Assembly: GCA_021780695.1 (NCBI GenBank)
Contig: JAJXYD010000003.1
Location: forward strand, 18,784-82,783
DNA: 64,000 nt
Direction: 5' to 3'
From: Deltaproteobacteria bacterium
GTDB taxonomy: Bacteria; Desulfobacterota; Syntrophobacteria; Syntrophobacterales; Syntrophobacteraceae
A program made the position numbers and the translations under genes. The notes below the pieces were generated by a model. The model saw only the letters and a list, made by a program, of their open reading frames with translations. It was not told where the DNA came from and did no database searches. The first letter of the stretch is position 1, and each line of letters opens with the position of its first letter. Positions 30,465 through 39,476 of the stretch are shown in pieces.

Positions 30465-31229
30465 TTAAGGGTTAGAGAAAAAATCGACCCTTTCCCTAAG
30501 CTCTGCGGCCATTGCGCTGATTTTGTAGCGGACAAAAGCGCCCTCCTCGTAGGTGCGAAGCTCGCGGGCGTCTGCCGCCAGGGGCTGGAGAAGCGGGGTA
30601 ATCCTGGCCGGTTCGGGCAGATTTTCAGGCGTGCGGGAAAGCATTAAAAGAAGCCTTAGCGCGAATCCTCTTTTTACCGGGTTAGGGGATTTTAGCTGCA
30701 TAATCACCGGATCGGTCCAATCGCGCAAAAGCATCGGCCGTTTTTGCGCAAGCCTGCAGATTCCCCACATTACTCCGCATTCGAGCACTTCGTTGTCGAT
30801 GGGGTTGCCGTTCGGGTCTATGTAGGACACCAGAATCCGGTGGTATTCACGGGCGAGGTCGCCGTTTTCGGCCATTATTTCCCCCATGGCCTCGGGGGAG
30901 CCCCATCCGATGCCTCCGGATTCGTCGTTTAAGCTCCACATAAGGCGCCGCATGATGTCCCGGGCACTTTCCATGTCCTGCCGGGCCATTGCCGAAACGG
31001 TTAGTCCAATGCTTCTTATGGCCCTCCACCGTGCCGGTTCGTCGGTTTCCATTAGAAAGGCGAGCAGAGGGCCGATGATTTTCGCCGGTGCGATCTCCAG
31101 GGTCTTAAGCCTTTGTTCGAAATCGGCCGAGGCGAGAAGGCAGCCAAGCCGCTTTTTTATGGCCAGGATCCCCGGAAAAACGTTCCCGGGACTGCGATCG
31201 ATCGTTTCTTTTGGCCTCCCTCGCTCCAT
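30465..31229 (-). CDS. helical (HEAT/armadillo-like) repeat protein, DVU0298-like
   Basis: Start placed just after the ubiX stop; 31268 is an alternative. The N-terminal 110 aa of the track ORF overlap ubiX out of frame and are discounted. All-helical sequence with WRAIRSIGL...LNDESGGIGWGSPEAMGEIMAEN. Confidence 0.5.
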   Translation of the reverse strand: MERGRPKETIDRSPGNVFPGILAIKKRLGCLLASADFEQRLKTLEIAPAKIIGPLLAFLMETDEPARWRAIRSIGLTVSAMARQDMESARDIMRRLMWSLNDESGGIGWGSPEAMGEIMAENGDLAREYHRILVSYIDPNGNPIDNEVLECGVMWGICRLAQKRPMLLRDWTDPVIMQLKSPNPVKRGFALRLLLMLSRTPENLPEPARITPLLQPLAADARELRTYEEGAFVRYKISAMAAELRERVDFFSNP

Positions 31230-31231
31230 CT

Positions 31232-31816
31232 CTATTGCCTGTCCCCACCTCTTTGGTCCCCGTTCCATCTTTTGAACAGGGCGTGTTCGATGTCGAAATA
31301 ATCGAATACTTTCCCCACGGTGTGGTCGATGATCTCCTCGATCGTTTTGGGCAGGTGATAAAAGGCGGGCATGGGCGGAAGTATGAGAGCCCCAAGATCT
31401 GCGGCCATGCCCATAAGGCGCAGGTGCCCCTTGTGCAGCGGGGTCTCCCTTACGAGCAGGCACAGTTTTCGCCTCTCTTTTAACACCACGTCTGCGGCTC
31501 GCACCAGGAGGTTGTCGCTGTAGGAATTGGCGATGGCCGAAAGCGACTTTATCGTACACGGGGCGACTATCATGCCCTGGGTCAAAAAAGACCCGCTGGC
31601 AATGGGGGCCGAAACGTCTTCGTAGTCGTAGGCGAAATCGGCCATCTCTTCCACCTGCTCAACCGAAAAGGGAGTTTCGATCTCGATGTTGAGCCTGCCG
31701 CCCGGAGAAATTACAAGGTGGGTTTCGCAGCCGGCGTCCCTAAGAAGTTCAAGGCACCTAACGCCGTATATCACGCCGCTTGCGCCGCAAATACCCACGA
31801 TGATGCGTCTTCTCAT
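31232..31816 (-). CDS. ubiX: flavin prenyltransferase UbiX
   Basis: MRRRIIVGICGASGVIYGVRCLELL...APCTIKSLSAIANSYSDNLLVRAADVVLKERRKLCLLVRETPL. 194 aa. Confidence 0.9.
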   Translation of the reverse strand: MRRRIIVGICGASGVIYGVRCLELLRDAGCETHLVISPGGRLNIEIETPFSVEQVEEMADFAYDYEDVSAPIASGSFLTQGMIVAPCTIKSLSAIANSYSDNLLVRAADVVLKERRKLCLLVRETPLHKGHLRLMGMAADLGALILPPMPAFYHLPKTIEEIIDHTVGKVFDYFDIEHALFKRWNGDQRGGDRQ

Positions 31817-32082
31817 CTCTATGTCCCAAATATTTAAAAAATCGACTCGGGTCCCTTGCGCTGCGAAGGATACTTTTGGCTTTGCATGCCGCTTGCCTCC
31901 CCCGATTCTTGAGTATAGCGGATAAAACGGATATCTCAACGACTGATTGAAACGGCGTGGACATGTTTTCCCGGTTGGAAACGTCTCCCGCTTGCCCCTT
32001 GGTCAAGAGATGGACTATTCTTGCCCGGGCGGGTGAATATGTCCCGTGCCCCCTTATTTTATTTTTCGAGGATACTTTAAAA

Positions 32083-32964
32083 ATGCTCCTGAAGCCCGAC
32101 TGTATACCCTGTATTTTGAAAATGATTATCTCTTATGTAAGGAAATTGAGCGATGACGAACAGGGTTGCCGACAATTGCTTACGCGTTTTCTGGCTATCC
32201 CCGCCCTTCGCGGGCAAAACTGGGACCTTACGAGTCCCGAGGCGATCGAACCGGTTATGGATATGCTCATGGAGACCTTCGGGGTCTCGGATCCCTTTAG
32301 CGGTGTAAAGGAAGAGGAAAACGCAAGGGCACTGGAACTCTACCCCTTCTTTAAACAATCGGTTCTCCAGGCCGAAGACCCTCTATTTAGCGCGGTAAAC
32401 CTTGCCATTATGGGAAACCGGGTAGACATCATGGTTTTGGATCGCTTAGATGATTTAAAGGAGGTTATCGCGCAAAATCCGCTTCACCCGGTTTCAAAAG
32501 AAGCCTTCGAGACCTTTCGCCAAAAGCTCGCCCAATCCCCCCACCTGCTCTACCTGGGCGATAACTCGGGAGAGATCGTCTTCGACAGGCTCCTCATCGA
32601 GACAATAACCGATCTCTACCATCCTCGGATCACTTTCGCCGTGCGAAACCTTCCGGCTCTAAACGATGTAACCCTGGCCGAGGCCGGGCGGGTCGGCATG
32701 GACCGTGTGGCCGGCGTTGTGTCCAATGGGATGGATGGGTGCGTTTGCGGCACCGTTTTGTCCCGGTGCTCCGAGCAATTTAGGCAATTGTTTGCTCATT
32801 GCGATCTGGTGATTTCAAAGGGCGGGGGTAATTTCGAAACCCTCGAAAACCAGACCCGGCATTGCAGAAACATTACCTTTATGCTTCTTGCCAAGTGCGC
32901 ACCTTACTGCAACTATTTCAAAACAGGGATGTTTGAACCCGTGCTGATGAATTTTTTCCAATAA
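32083..32964 (+). CDS. DUF89 (ARMT1-like damage-control phosphatase) family protein
   Basis: MLLKPDCIPCILKM..., LYLGDNSGEIVFD and ISKGGGNFETL are typical of DUF89. Confidence 0.7.
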   Translation: MLLKPDCIPCILKMIISYVRKLSDDEQGCRQLLTRFLAIPALRGQNWDLTSPEAIEPVMDMLMETFGVSDPFSGVKEEENARALELYPFFKQSVLQAEDPLFSAVNLAIMGNRVDIMVLDRLDDLKEVIAQNPLHPVSKEAFETFRQKLAQSPHLLYLGDNSGEIVFDRLLIETITDLYHPRITFAVRNLPALNDVTLAEAGRVGMDRVAGVVSNGMDGCVCGTVLSRCSEQFRQLFAHCDLVISKGGGNFETLENQTRHCRNITFMLLAKCAPYCNYFKTGMFEPVLMNFFQ

Positions 32965-33035
32965 AATCGGTTGGTCTATCTTGCCGCTTGCCTTAGGCGG
33001 CGGCTGGCCCGTCTGGTCCGGGCGGGAGGAGTGCG

Positions 33036-33944
33036 GTGGGAGAATTTGGCAGTTATCTTGGAGATGCCCTTGGAGTAAAGATTCCCGAAGACTACGCGGC
33101 TTTTATGGAAAAATATGGAGACAAACTCCCCGAGGATCCCGTTACTCAGCAGAGTTGGCTTTGCGGGCTTGGCAACAGGCAGTTCGTTGTGGGAACCACA
33201 CAGGCCTTTCGTGCCCGCGCTTCGGGTTTTTCCCCGCACTATCTGATCATAGGGTGGCTGGGTCTAAAAACAATTGTAATAAACAGGGCTTACGAGCAAA
33301 TCGATAGCTATGTCATGCTCGATGCAAAGGACGGAAAAATCCGCTCGGTCGATTTTCTTGGGGGCGGCCAAATACTTGCTCAGGATTTTGACCAATGGAT
33401 CGGCCCCGAACTTCTTAGGGCCCAACTCAAGGATAGATATGAGAGCATCCTCACCGTCATTGCTTTCGATTCCGAACAAAAGGCCCGGGAAGCTCGAAAA
33501 AATCTGGCCCAATTGCAGGCGCGGGGATTTATCGATCTGGAGGACATGGTCATTGTGACAAAAGAGCGTGACGGCGGGGTGCATCTGCACCAGGAACACA
33601 AACTGGCAGCAAAAGGCGGGCTTGCCGGCAGCCTCACCGGCCTGATAGTGGGAAGCCTTTTTTTTGCTCCCTTGATCGGTGCGTTCCTGGGGGCAATCGC
33701 GGGCGTTCTTTCCGCTTCTCTTGCCGATATAGGCATAGATGATGACTTTATGAAGGATTTGTCCCGTAAATTCACGCCCGGATGCTCGGCCCTTTTCACC
33801 CTGGTGCGAAAGGCCGATCCCCAACGGGTAACGGAGGCTTTCCTGGGCTTTGGCGGTAAAGTCCTTCTCAGTTCCTTCGGCAGGGAAACAGAGGCTCAAA
33901 TACAGAGGGTGCTGGATGCGGCAACCGAAAAAAGAGCCGATTAG
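33036..33944 (+). CDS. fusion protein: N-terminal SMI1/KNR4 (SUKH)-like domain plus C-terminal DUF1269 membrane domain
   Basis: GTG start after GGGAGGAG. N-terminus LGVKIPEDYAAFMEKYGDKLP is SUKH-like. C-terminus FIDLEDMVIVTKERDGGVHLHQ...GLAGSLTGLIVGSLFFAPLIGAFLGAIAGVLSASLADIGIDDDFMKDL...ALFTLV is DUF1269-like. Confidence 0.6.
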   Translation: MGEFGSYLGDALGVKIPEDYAAFMEKYGDKLPEDPVTQQSWLCGLGNRQFVVGTTQAFRARASGFSPHYLIIGWLGLKTIVINRAYEQIDSYVMLDAKDGKIRSVDFLGGGQILAQDFDQWIGPELLRAQLKDRYESILTVIAFDSEQKAREARKNLAQLQARGFIDLEDMVIVTKERDGGVHLHQEHKLAAKGGLAGSLTGLIVGSLFFAPLIGAFLGAIAGVLSASLADIGIDDDFMKDLSRKFTPGCSALFTLVRKADPQRVTEAFLGFGGKVLLSSFGRETEAQIQRVLDAATEKRAD

Positions 33945-34309
33945 AGGTTTTGTCCGCTCCCCAAGGCCTACAATGAAAAGCACCGGATAGTGAAAGTGAG
34001 CGGCAGTCAAGCTGTTTTTAAAATCGGCAAGGCGCAGAGGGCTTTTCCGGTTCCTCTGGAAAAGGTTCGCGGCTACTGGCGGTTTGGCGCGCAAAAGAAT
34101 GTATAGTTGTGGGGGGCTCTCTCCCTGTTTGGCAATGCAACGGCTGCCATGGGAGGTCGTATTTTTTGGCTCGCCGCGATCTTTGATTTTGAAAACTGCC
34201 GGTTATTTGTTAACATTAAAGAAGGGGAAAAACAGGACCATTTTATCTTTGGCTGTTTTAACAGCCGGGTCGGTTTTTAAAGTCTACATGCCGGCGGAGG
34301 GTTTGCTCA

Positions 34310-34528
34310 ATGTCTCTTTACATTAAAACCGACGATTATCGCAAACACGGAATAAGCAAATATTCCGATCCTGCCCTTATCAGGGCCGTGGTGCAAAAGG
34401 AGCTCAATATAGAGAGGGTCTTTGTCTCCTTCGTTAACAAACACGAGTATATCAGGGTGGACTTTCTGCGTCCCAGACCGCACCGGCGCCAAAACAGGCG
34501 GCCGGGCCGTCAGGCTTCATCCGGGTAA
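34310..34528 (+). CDS. hypothetical small basic-tailed protein (72 aa)
   Basis: ATG preceded by GGAGGG. The stop abuts a strong terminator. I recognise no family. Confidence 0.35.
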   Translation: MSLYIKTDDYRKHGISKYSDPALIRAVVQKELNIERVFVSFVNKHEYIRVDFLRPRPHRRQNRRPGRQASSG

Positions 34529-34558
34529 AAAGGGGCGCCCTTGCGGCGCCCCTTTTTT
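34527..34558. terminator. bidirectional rho-independent terminator
   Basis: AAAAA-GGGGCGCC-cttgc-GGCGCCCC-TTTTTT, between convergent genes. Confidence 0.8.
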
Positions 34559-34594
34559 ATTCCGGCGAAAAAACAACTGCGCGGATCAAAGAGT

Positions 34595-35296
34595 TTATTT
34601 CTTCGTATAGTTTCGGGGGATATCGAAAAGGGATGCTGGAAGGGACCTTTGGTCGATTTTGGTCAAAGTGGTCCTGACCGTGCCCCCCATTACGTGGTTA
34701 ACCGAAAGAACCGGAAAGCCGTCGAGCTTTGCAACAAGATCGGGAATATCGAGCTGCCTGAAAAGAGGGTTGTATTGTGCGAGAGTTCCCGCCTCAGTGC
34801 CCAAAGACTTCAGCTCCCTGTAGCCCTTTACATCCTTTGAAACCCAGTATTCTCCGTTTACAATCGCAATGTGCACAAAATACTCGCGGCATCTGTAGCC
34901 CGCGATGGTCCTGTATTTGTCCGTTGGCACGATCTGGGTTCCAAACATGCCACCCATCAGTTTTGCCATCTTCGCCTGGTCTTTGCCCGATATGCCGGGT
35001 ATGCCCCCGATCCTGTTGAGATCGATTGGCGTGAAGGTCCGGGCCCTGGTGTTAAGAGAGTAGAGTTTCCTCGTCTTGTAGTGCACTATGAGCACTTTTC
35101 CCGCACCAAGGTCCACTCTTGAAGCGTAGGGAGTAAAATAATATCTCTGAGACGATTTCCCATTGGTTTGCCCCGGAATACCGACCGAGACGCTTCGAGA
35201 TTCCCAGTAGAGGTCCGCTTTTGCCCGGGCGGTTAAAAACAGCCCCGCCGCCGTTGCAAGTATGCACAAATAGAATAGTCGGTTTTTTATCTTCAT
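34595..35296 (-). CDS. secreted DUF4412-like protein
   Basis: Signal peptide MKIKNRLFYLCILATAAGLFLTARA, followed by a beta-rich body. Confidence 0.55.
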   Translation of the reverse strand: MKIKNRLFYLCILATAAGLFLTARAKADLYWESRSVSVGIPGQTNGKSSQRYYFTPYASRVDLGAGKVLIVHYKTRKLYSLNTRARTFTPIDLNRIGGIPGISGKDQAKMAKLMGGMFGTQIVPTDKYRTIAGYRCREYFVHIAIVNGEYWVSKDVKGYRELKSLGTEAGTLAQYNPLFRQLDIPDLVAKLDGFPVLSVNHVMGGTVRTTLTKIDQRSLPASLFDIPRNYTKK

Positions 35297-35406
35297 GATC
35301 TGCCTCCGCGCGTGCAGTATCGACTATACTGCGCGCGGAATCAAGGGGGCGGATAAAGAGAGTCGGGTGCCGGCCCTCTGCGGTTTGCTGTGAACGGAAG
35401 GGTACT

Positions 35407-36558
35407 CTACCAGGGCATGTCTTGCTTCATAAGTTCCCGGAAAATAATGAGTTTTTGAATGTCCTGGGTCCCTTCGCCAAGAGAGGACGCCCATGCGTCC
35501 ATGGGATATTTGTGAATGGGGTGTTCGTAAATAACCGATGCGGCCCCGAAAAGATCGGCCGCCCACAGGCCTATGGCCCTTGCCGCTTCAACCGAAAGAT
35601 ACTTGGCAATAGAGGCCCCCAGCCTAAAATCCATGCCCTGTTCCTTTTCCCAGCACGTTTTCCATAAAAGCATCCGGATGGATTCGATTTTACTGTAAAA
35701 ATCGGCTATCTCAAAAGATTTTGCCTGAAACTCGATGAGTCTGTTGCCGAATGCCTGCCTCTTCCGGGCGTGTTCGACACCCTTTCGAAAACCTCCCTCG
35801 GCTGTTCCCAGGGTGAGGGCGGCGATGGTGATGCGGCTGTTTGTGAAAATTTCAAGCACCTGCTGGAGTCCTCGCCCGCGTCTGCCTAAAAGATTGGCAT
35901 CCGGCACGAATACCTCTTCGAGCTTTATGCGCGTAAGATCGGATGGGATCCACACCTCCTTGTGGAGCTTCGTGCGGCTGATCCCTTTTGACCCTAGATC
36001 CACCAAAAACATGGATATGCGGCTGCTGCGCCCGGCCTCGGGGTCCGATACCGCCGTTACGACGGCAAGATCGCTAATGTAGCCGTTTGTAACGAAAGAT
36101 TTGACTCCCTTTAAAATCCAGCCCCCCTCGACTTTTGTCGCGGTCGCCGCAATCGAGGCCACGTCGCTGCCCGCGCCGGGTTCTGTGTTGCCAAGGCAGA
36201 TAAGGGTTTCTCCCCGGGCCGCGAAAGGAAGGTAGAGCTCTTTCTGGGTATCGTTTCCAAAGAGAATGATTGCCTGGGTGCCTAGCGAGACGTGCGCCAG
36301 GACGGCTACGCCCACCCCCGGTGAAACCGTGCCCAGATGTTCCATCAAAAGGGCGGCTTTTAACGGGTTGTGTTCGCGCAGTTCTTGGTCCCGGGATTGA
36401 AGTCCCAACCATCCGTTGGCGCCAAGTTCGACAAAAAATTCGCGCGGGATTTGCTTTTGGGCATACCATCCGCCCAGATTGGGGGTGAGCCGATTGGAAA
36501 CGAAATCCTTGTAGCTTGCGAGTTCTTCAATAATTTCGGCTGGTATTCGAAAATCCAT
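35407..36558 (-). CDS. acyl-CoA dehydrogenase family protein
   Basis: 383 aa. ACAD N, middle and C domains with TEPGAGSDVASI and a YEGTQDIQ-like GEGTQDIQKLII. Confidence 0.88.
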   Translation of the reverse strand: MDFRIPAEIIEELASYKDFVSNRLTPNLGGWYAQKQIPREFFVELGANGWLGLQSRDQELREHNPLKAALLMEHLGTVSPGVGVAVLAHVSLGTQAIILFGNDTQKELYLPFAARGETLICLGNTEPGAGSDVASIAATATKVEGGWILKGVKSFVTNGYISDLAVVTAVSDPEAGRSSRISMFLVDLGSKGISRTKLHKEVWIPSDLTRIKLEEVFVPDANLLGRRGRGLQQVLEIFTNSRITIAALTLGTAEGGFRKGVEHARKRQAFGNRLIEFQAKSFEIADFYSKIESIRMLLWKTCWEKEQGMDFRLGASIAKYLSVEAARAIGLWAADLFGAASVIYEHPIHKYPMDAWASSLGEGTQDIQKLIIFRELMKQDMPW

Positions 36559-36604
36559 TGAAAACTCCTTGTTAGAGGTTTTCCGGCCCTCTTCGCTGAG
36601 GGTG

Positions 36605-38116
36605 TCAGGACTTTTGCCTGTGGCTGGCTTCCGTGCATTTTACAAGGGAAACGGTGAAGGTTGCTTGTGCGCCCTGTCGCAGGAGGGACAGTGTGCCCCC
36701 CATTTCCTTTAGGAGCTTGAAGGTCGAGGAAATCCCCGTTCCGTGGCTGCTGTCTTCAAAAGGCAGCAGCATAAGCTCGGGGTCGAGCAGACGGTTTGCG
36801 GCCACAGGGCTGGTCATGTCCACGTAGACGTTGTGTTCGCCGTAATAGGTCTTAAACGTTATCTCCCTTTTCTGGTCCATTATTTTCATGGCGTTTCGAA
36901 CCATGGCTACGAAAACATGGGTGAGGATTGCCGGATCCACGTGGGCTCTGGGCAGATCGTTGTCCAGATCGAGGTTGAGCCCAATATTTTCCTTTTCCAA
37001 CTGCGGACCCAGTAGGGCCAGGGAATCTTTTAGAATTACGTTTACATGGCACTCTCGCGGCTTCATATCCACCGGGCGAAGATAGTCGCTTAAACGGTTT
37101 AGAATCGTTTCCAGCCGCTTTGTCTCTTTTAAAATGATCTCGGCTTCCTCGGAGTCGGGATGTTTTTTTTGCAGCCGCCGCGCAAAACCTCCTATGGAAA
37201 CCAGGGGGTTGCGGATCTCATGGGCGACTTCCGCGGTCATTGTCCCAAGGGTTTTTAGCTTTTCTCTTTGCACCAGGACCGCCTGGGCTTGGCGCAGTTC
37301 ACGGGTGCGTTCCTGGACCATCTCCTCGAGGTGCTCACGGTGCTCGCGCAACTCCTTTTCCACCCTTTTTCGTTCCGTTATGTCCCGGATGATTCCTACA
37401 TGGCCTCCGGTTGAACCCCCGGGGCCCTCTATTACGGAAAAGGTCCCCTCGACAGGAAATACCTCGCCGCTCTTTTTCCTCAAATCCCATTCGACCCTTA
37501 CAGGCCCTCGGTCCATTTCGGATCGCAGTTGCCCAAAATCCCGGAAGCTCTCCTCGGAGGTGTGCAGCATTCTGATCGTCTGGCCGATTATTTCCTCTCT
37601 GGTATAGCCGAAAAGGTCGAGGAACGCTCGATTTACAGACACTATGCAGCGCTTCTCGTCAACCATGAAAATAGCATCGGATATGCTCTCGGCAAGGACC
37701 TTGTAGAGTTCCTCGGAGCGTCTGAGGGCTTCTTCCGTGCGCTTTGGGCCTGAGATGTCGACGATGAAACCCTCGACGGCTTCCAGTTCACCCTCTTTAG
37801 AGTAAATGCCAAGCCCCTGCTCCCAAACCCATTTGAGGGTCCCTCCACGGGTGAGGATTCTATAGATCAGCCTGAAGGGCCTTTTGGCGCTGAGCGCGCA
37901 ATCGATTTCGTCCTCCAGCTTTTTGCGGTCCTCTTCCAGGATGAGCCTGGAGAAATCTTCCCTTGCGTGTAACTTGCAAAGGCACAACCCCGTCAGGCTG
38001 AGGGCTCCGGGACTTATGAAATCGAAGGAATGCTCGGGGTTGGACCTGTAGCGGTAAGCCATCCCCGGAAAATTTCGAAAAAATGCCGAAGATATCGCTT
38101 CCCCGTCTCTATCCAC
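36605..38116 (-). CDS. PAS-domain sensor histidine kinase
   Basis: Two to three PAS modules (RDITERKRVE), H-box AEVAHEIRNPL, and a C-terminal ATPase-like domain with weak G-boxes. Confidence 0.85.
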   Translation of the reverse strand: MDRDGEAISSAFFRNFPGMAYRYRSNPEHSFDFISPGALSLTGLCLCKLHAREDFSRLILEEDRKKLEDEIDCALSAKRPFRLIYRILTRGGTLKWVWEQGLGIYSKEGELEAVEGFIVDISGPKRTEEALRRSEELYKVLAESISDAIFMVDEKRCIVSVNRAFLDLFGYTREEIIGQTIRMLHTSEESFRDFGQLRSEMDRGPVRVEWDLRKKSGEVFPVEGTFSVIEGPGGSTGGHVGIIRDITERKRVEKELREHREHLEEMVQERTRELRQAQAVLVQREKLKTLGTMTAEVAHEIRNPLVSIGGFARRLQKKHPDSEEAEIILKETKRLETILNRLSDYLRPVDMKPRECHVNVILKDSLALLGPQLEKENIGLNLDLDNDLPRAHVDPAILTHVFVAMVRNAMKIMDQKREITFKTYYGEHNVYVDMTSPVAANRLLDPELMLLPFEDSSHGTGISSTFKLLKEMGGTLSLLRQGAQATFTVSLVKCTEASHRQKS

Positions 38117-38464
38117 TTGCCTGTCTCCTTTTGCCCGCTGTGTCCCTCCAACATGCGCCCGGCTCCTGTCAAGTTGTCTGGTAAGATTTTCGGGCCGATT
38201 TGGCAGGCTCGCTCACAGTTGCTTTCACGCCTGCCGGTCTTGGAACTTAATTTTAATGCAACGCCTGATAATGAGCTACTCATTAATAACGGAAACAATG
38301 GGGCGGGGGAAAGTGTCTGGCGTGCAAATAGAGGTGTAAAAATTGCGGGAAGGTTTTAGAGGAAATCCTTTTGGGGGAAAATGAAAAGAGTGCCCGCCCG
38401 CCAGGTCCCGGCTGCGGCGGCTTTGTCCCTCCAGTGTATGTCTAAATCCGCCTGGAGCCGCAGC

Positions 38465-39250
38465 TTAGCTTTTTACACCGTATCCGATCCTGTTTAAAAT
38501 TGCTCCCAGCCTTTCTCCGCCTATGTTTTGAGCAAAATAGATGTCCAGAAACTCTTCGACTATCCTTAGGGCTTCGCTGCTCGAGTAAATACCCTCCATC
38601 TCTTTTCCCAGTTGAGGATGGCGGCCAAGTTTTCCTCCCGCTAAAATCCGCCAGCCCTTTTGGGCCTCCTCAATCGCCCCCGAGGGGCAGACCTGGATGC
38701 ACTTTCCGCACAGCAGGCACCGGCTCGTATCGATTAGCGCAACGCCCGAGTCCGGTTCGATATGGATTGCGTCTTCACTGCATTCCGAAACGCACAGGGC
38801 GCAACCCGTGCACTCTTTTTGAACCACTCTTGGACGCACTGCCCCGATAATGCCTATATCGGCGATCTGCGGACGGGAACACGCATTCGGGCACTCCGAA
38901 AAGCAAACCCGGAATTCGTGATGAATCTTTAGCGCCCCGGCCGTTCGCTCCCTCAGAAAACCGGCCATGTCACGGCTTGCGAGCGTCTTTTCCAACTCGG
39001 CTAAAAGGTCCTCGCTGGTGTTTGCGCGGTTGTTGCACCCGCTTGCACCAAAACAGGCCTCGATTTGGAACCCCTTGGATGCGATCGGCTTTCCGGACAA
39101 AAACTTTTGCCTGCACTCCGTGACGTGCTTTAGCAACACTTTGGAGGCCTTCTGCCTCGCCGCTTCCTTTTCAACCTCCAGGCGCACTCTTCGCCTTACA
39201 AAAAACGGCGCCTTCATAACGGCTTCTTCGGCTTCCCTAGTCCAGATCAT
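38465..39250 (-). CDS. 4Fe-4S dicluster protein with a sulfite/nitrite-reductase-like ferredoxin module and an N-terminal PCP-reductase-like helical domain
   Basis: The N-terminus MIWTREAEEAVMKAPFFVRRRVRLEVEKEAA resembles the PCP_red domain. Two CxxCxxCxxxCP motifs (CTGCALCVSECS, CLLCGKCIQVCP), flanked by FSECPNACSRP and ILAGGKLGRHPQ. A GTG at 39277 is an alternative start. Confidence 0.6.
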   Translation of the reverse strand: MIWTREAEEAVMKAPFFVRRRVRLEVEKEAARQKASKVLLKHVTECRQKFLSGKPIASKGFQIEACFGASGCNNRANTSEDLLAELEKTLASRDMAGFLRERTAGALKIHHEFRVCFSECPNACSRPQIADIGIIGAVRPRVVQKECTGCALCVSECSEDAIHIEPDSGVALIDTSRCLLCGKCIQVCPSGAIEEAQKGWRILAGGKLGRHPQLGKEMEGIYSSSEALRIVEEFLDIYFAQNIGGERLGAILNRIGYGVKS

Positions 39251-39476
39251 TGTATTGATTGCCTCTTTTTTAATCACTTGTAAATAATATCCACTTTTTT
39301 GATCATTTTACACGGTTGTTGCCTTTTGAACCATTGACTTGGGTCAAGGTCGTGCAAAAAGTAGCACAATCAGCAAGATTTTTTCCCGATGCTCAAAGCT
39401 CCAGGTCTTGTTTTTTCACCATTTCATCCCGACATCGATGATGTGCGCTTTCTTTCGTTATACAGGAGAGGCTCCA

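Noticed and set aside
30465-31559. The full 364-aa ORF as a single gene.
   Set aside because: Its first ~110 codons overlap ubiX out of frame and are Arg/Pro/Gly-rich nonsense. The real start is most likely just downstream of the ubiX stop.
34925-34940. A TGGCACG sequence resembling a sigma54 -24 element. A similar TGGCAT occurs near 11845 and TTGGCCCCGGTTGCTT near 12590.
   Set aside because: These sites have the wrong spacing to any GC -12 element, or sit inside coding sequence or directly on an RBS, so they are not credible promoters.
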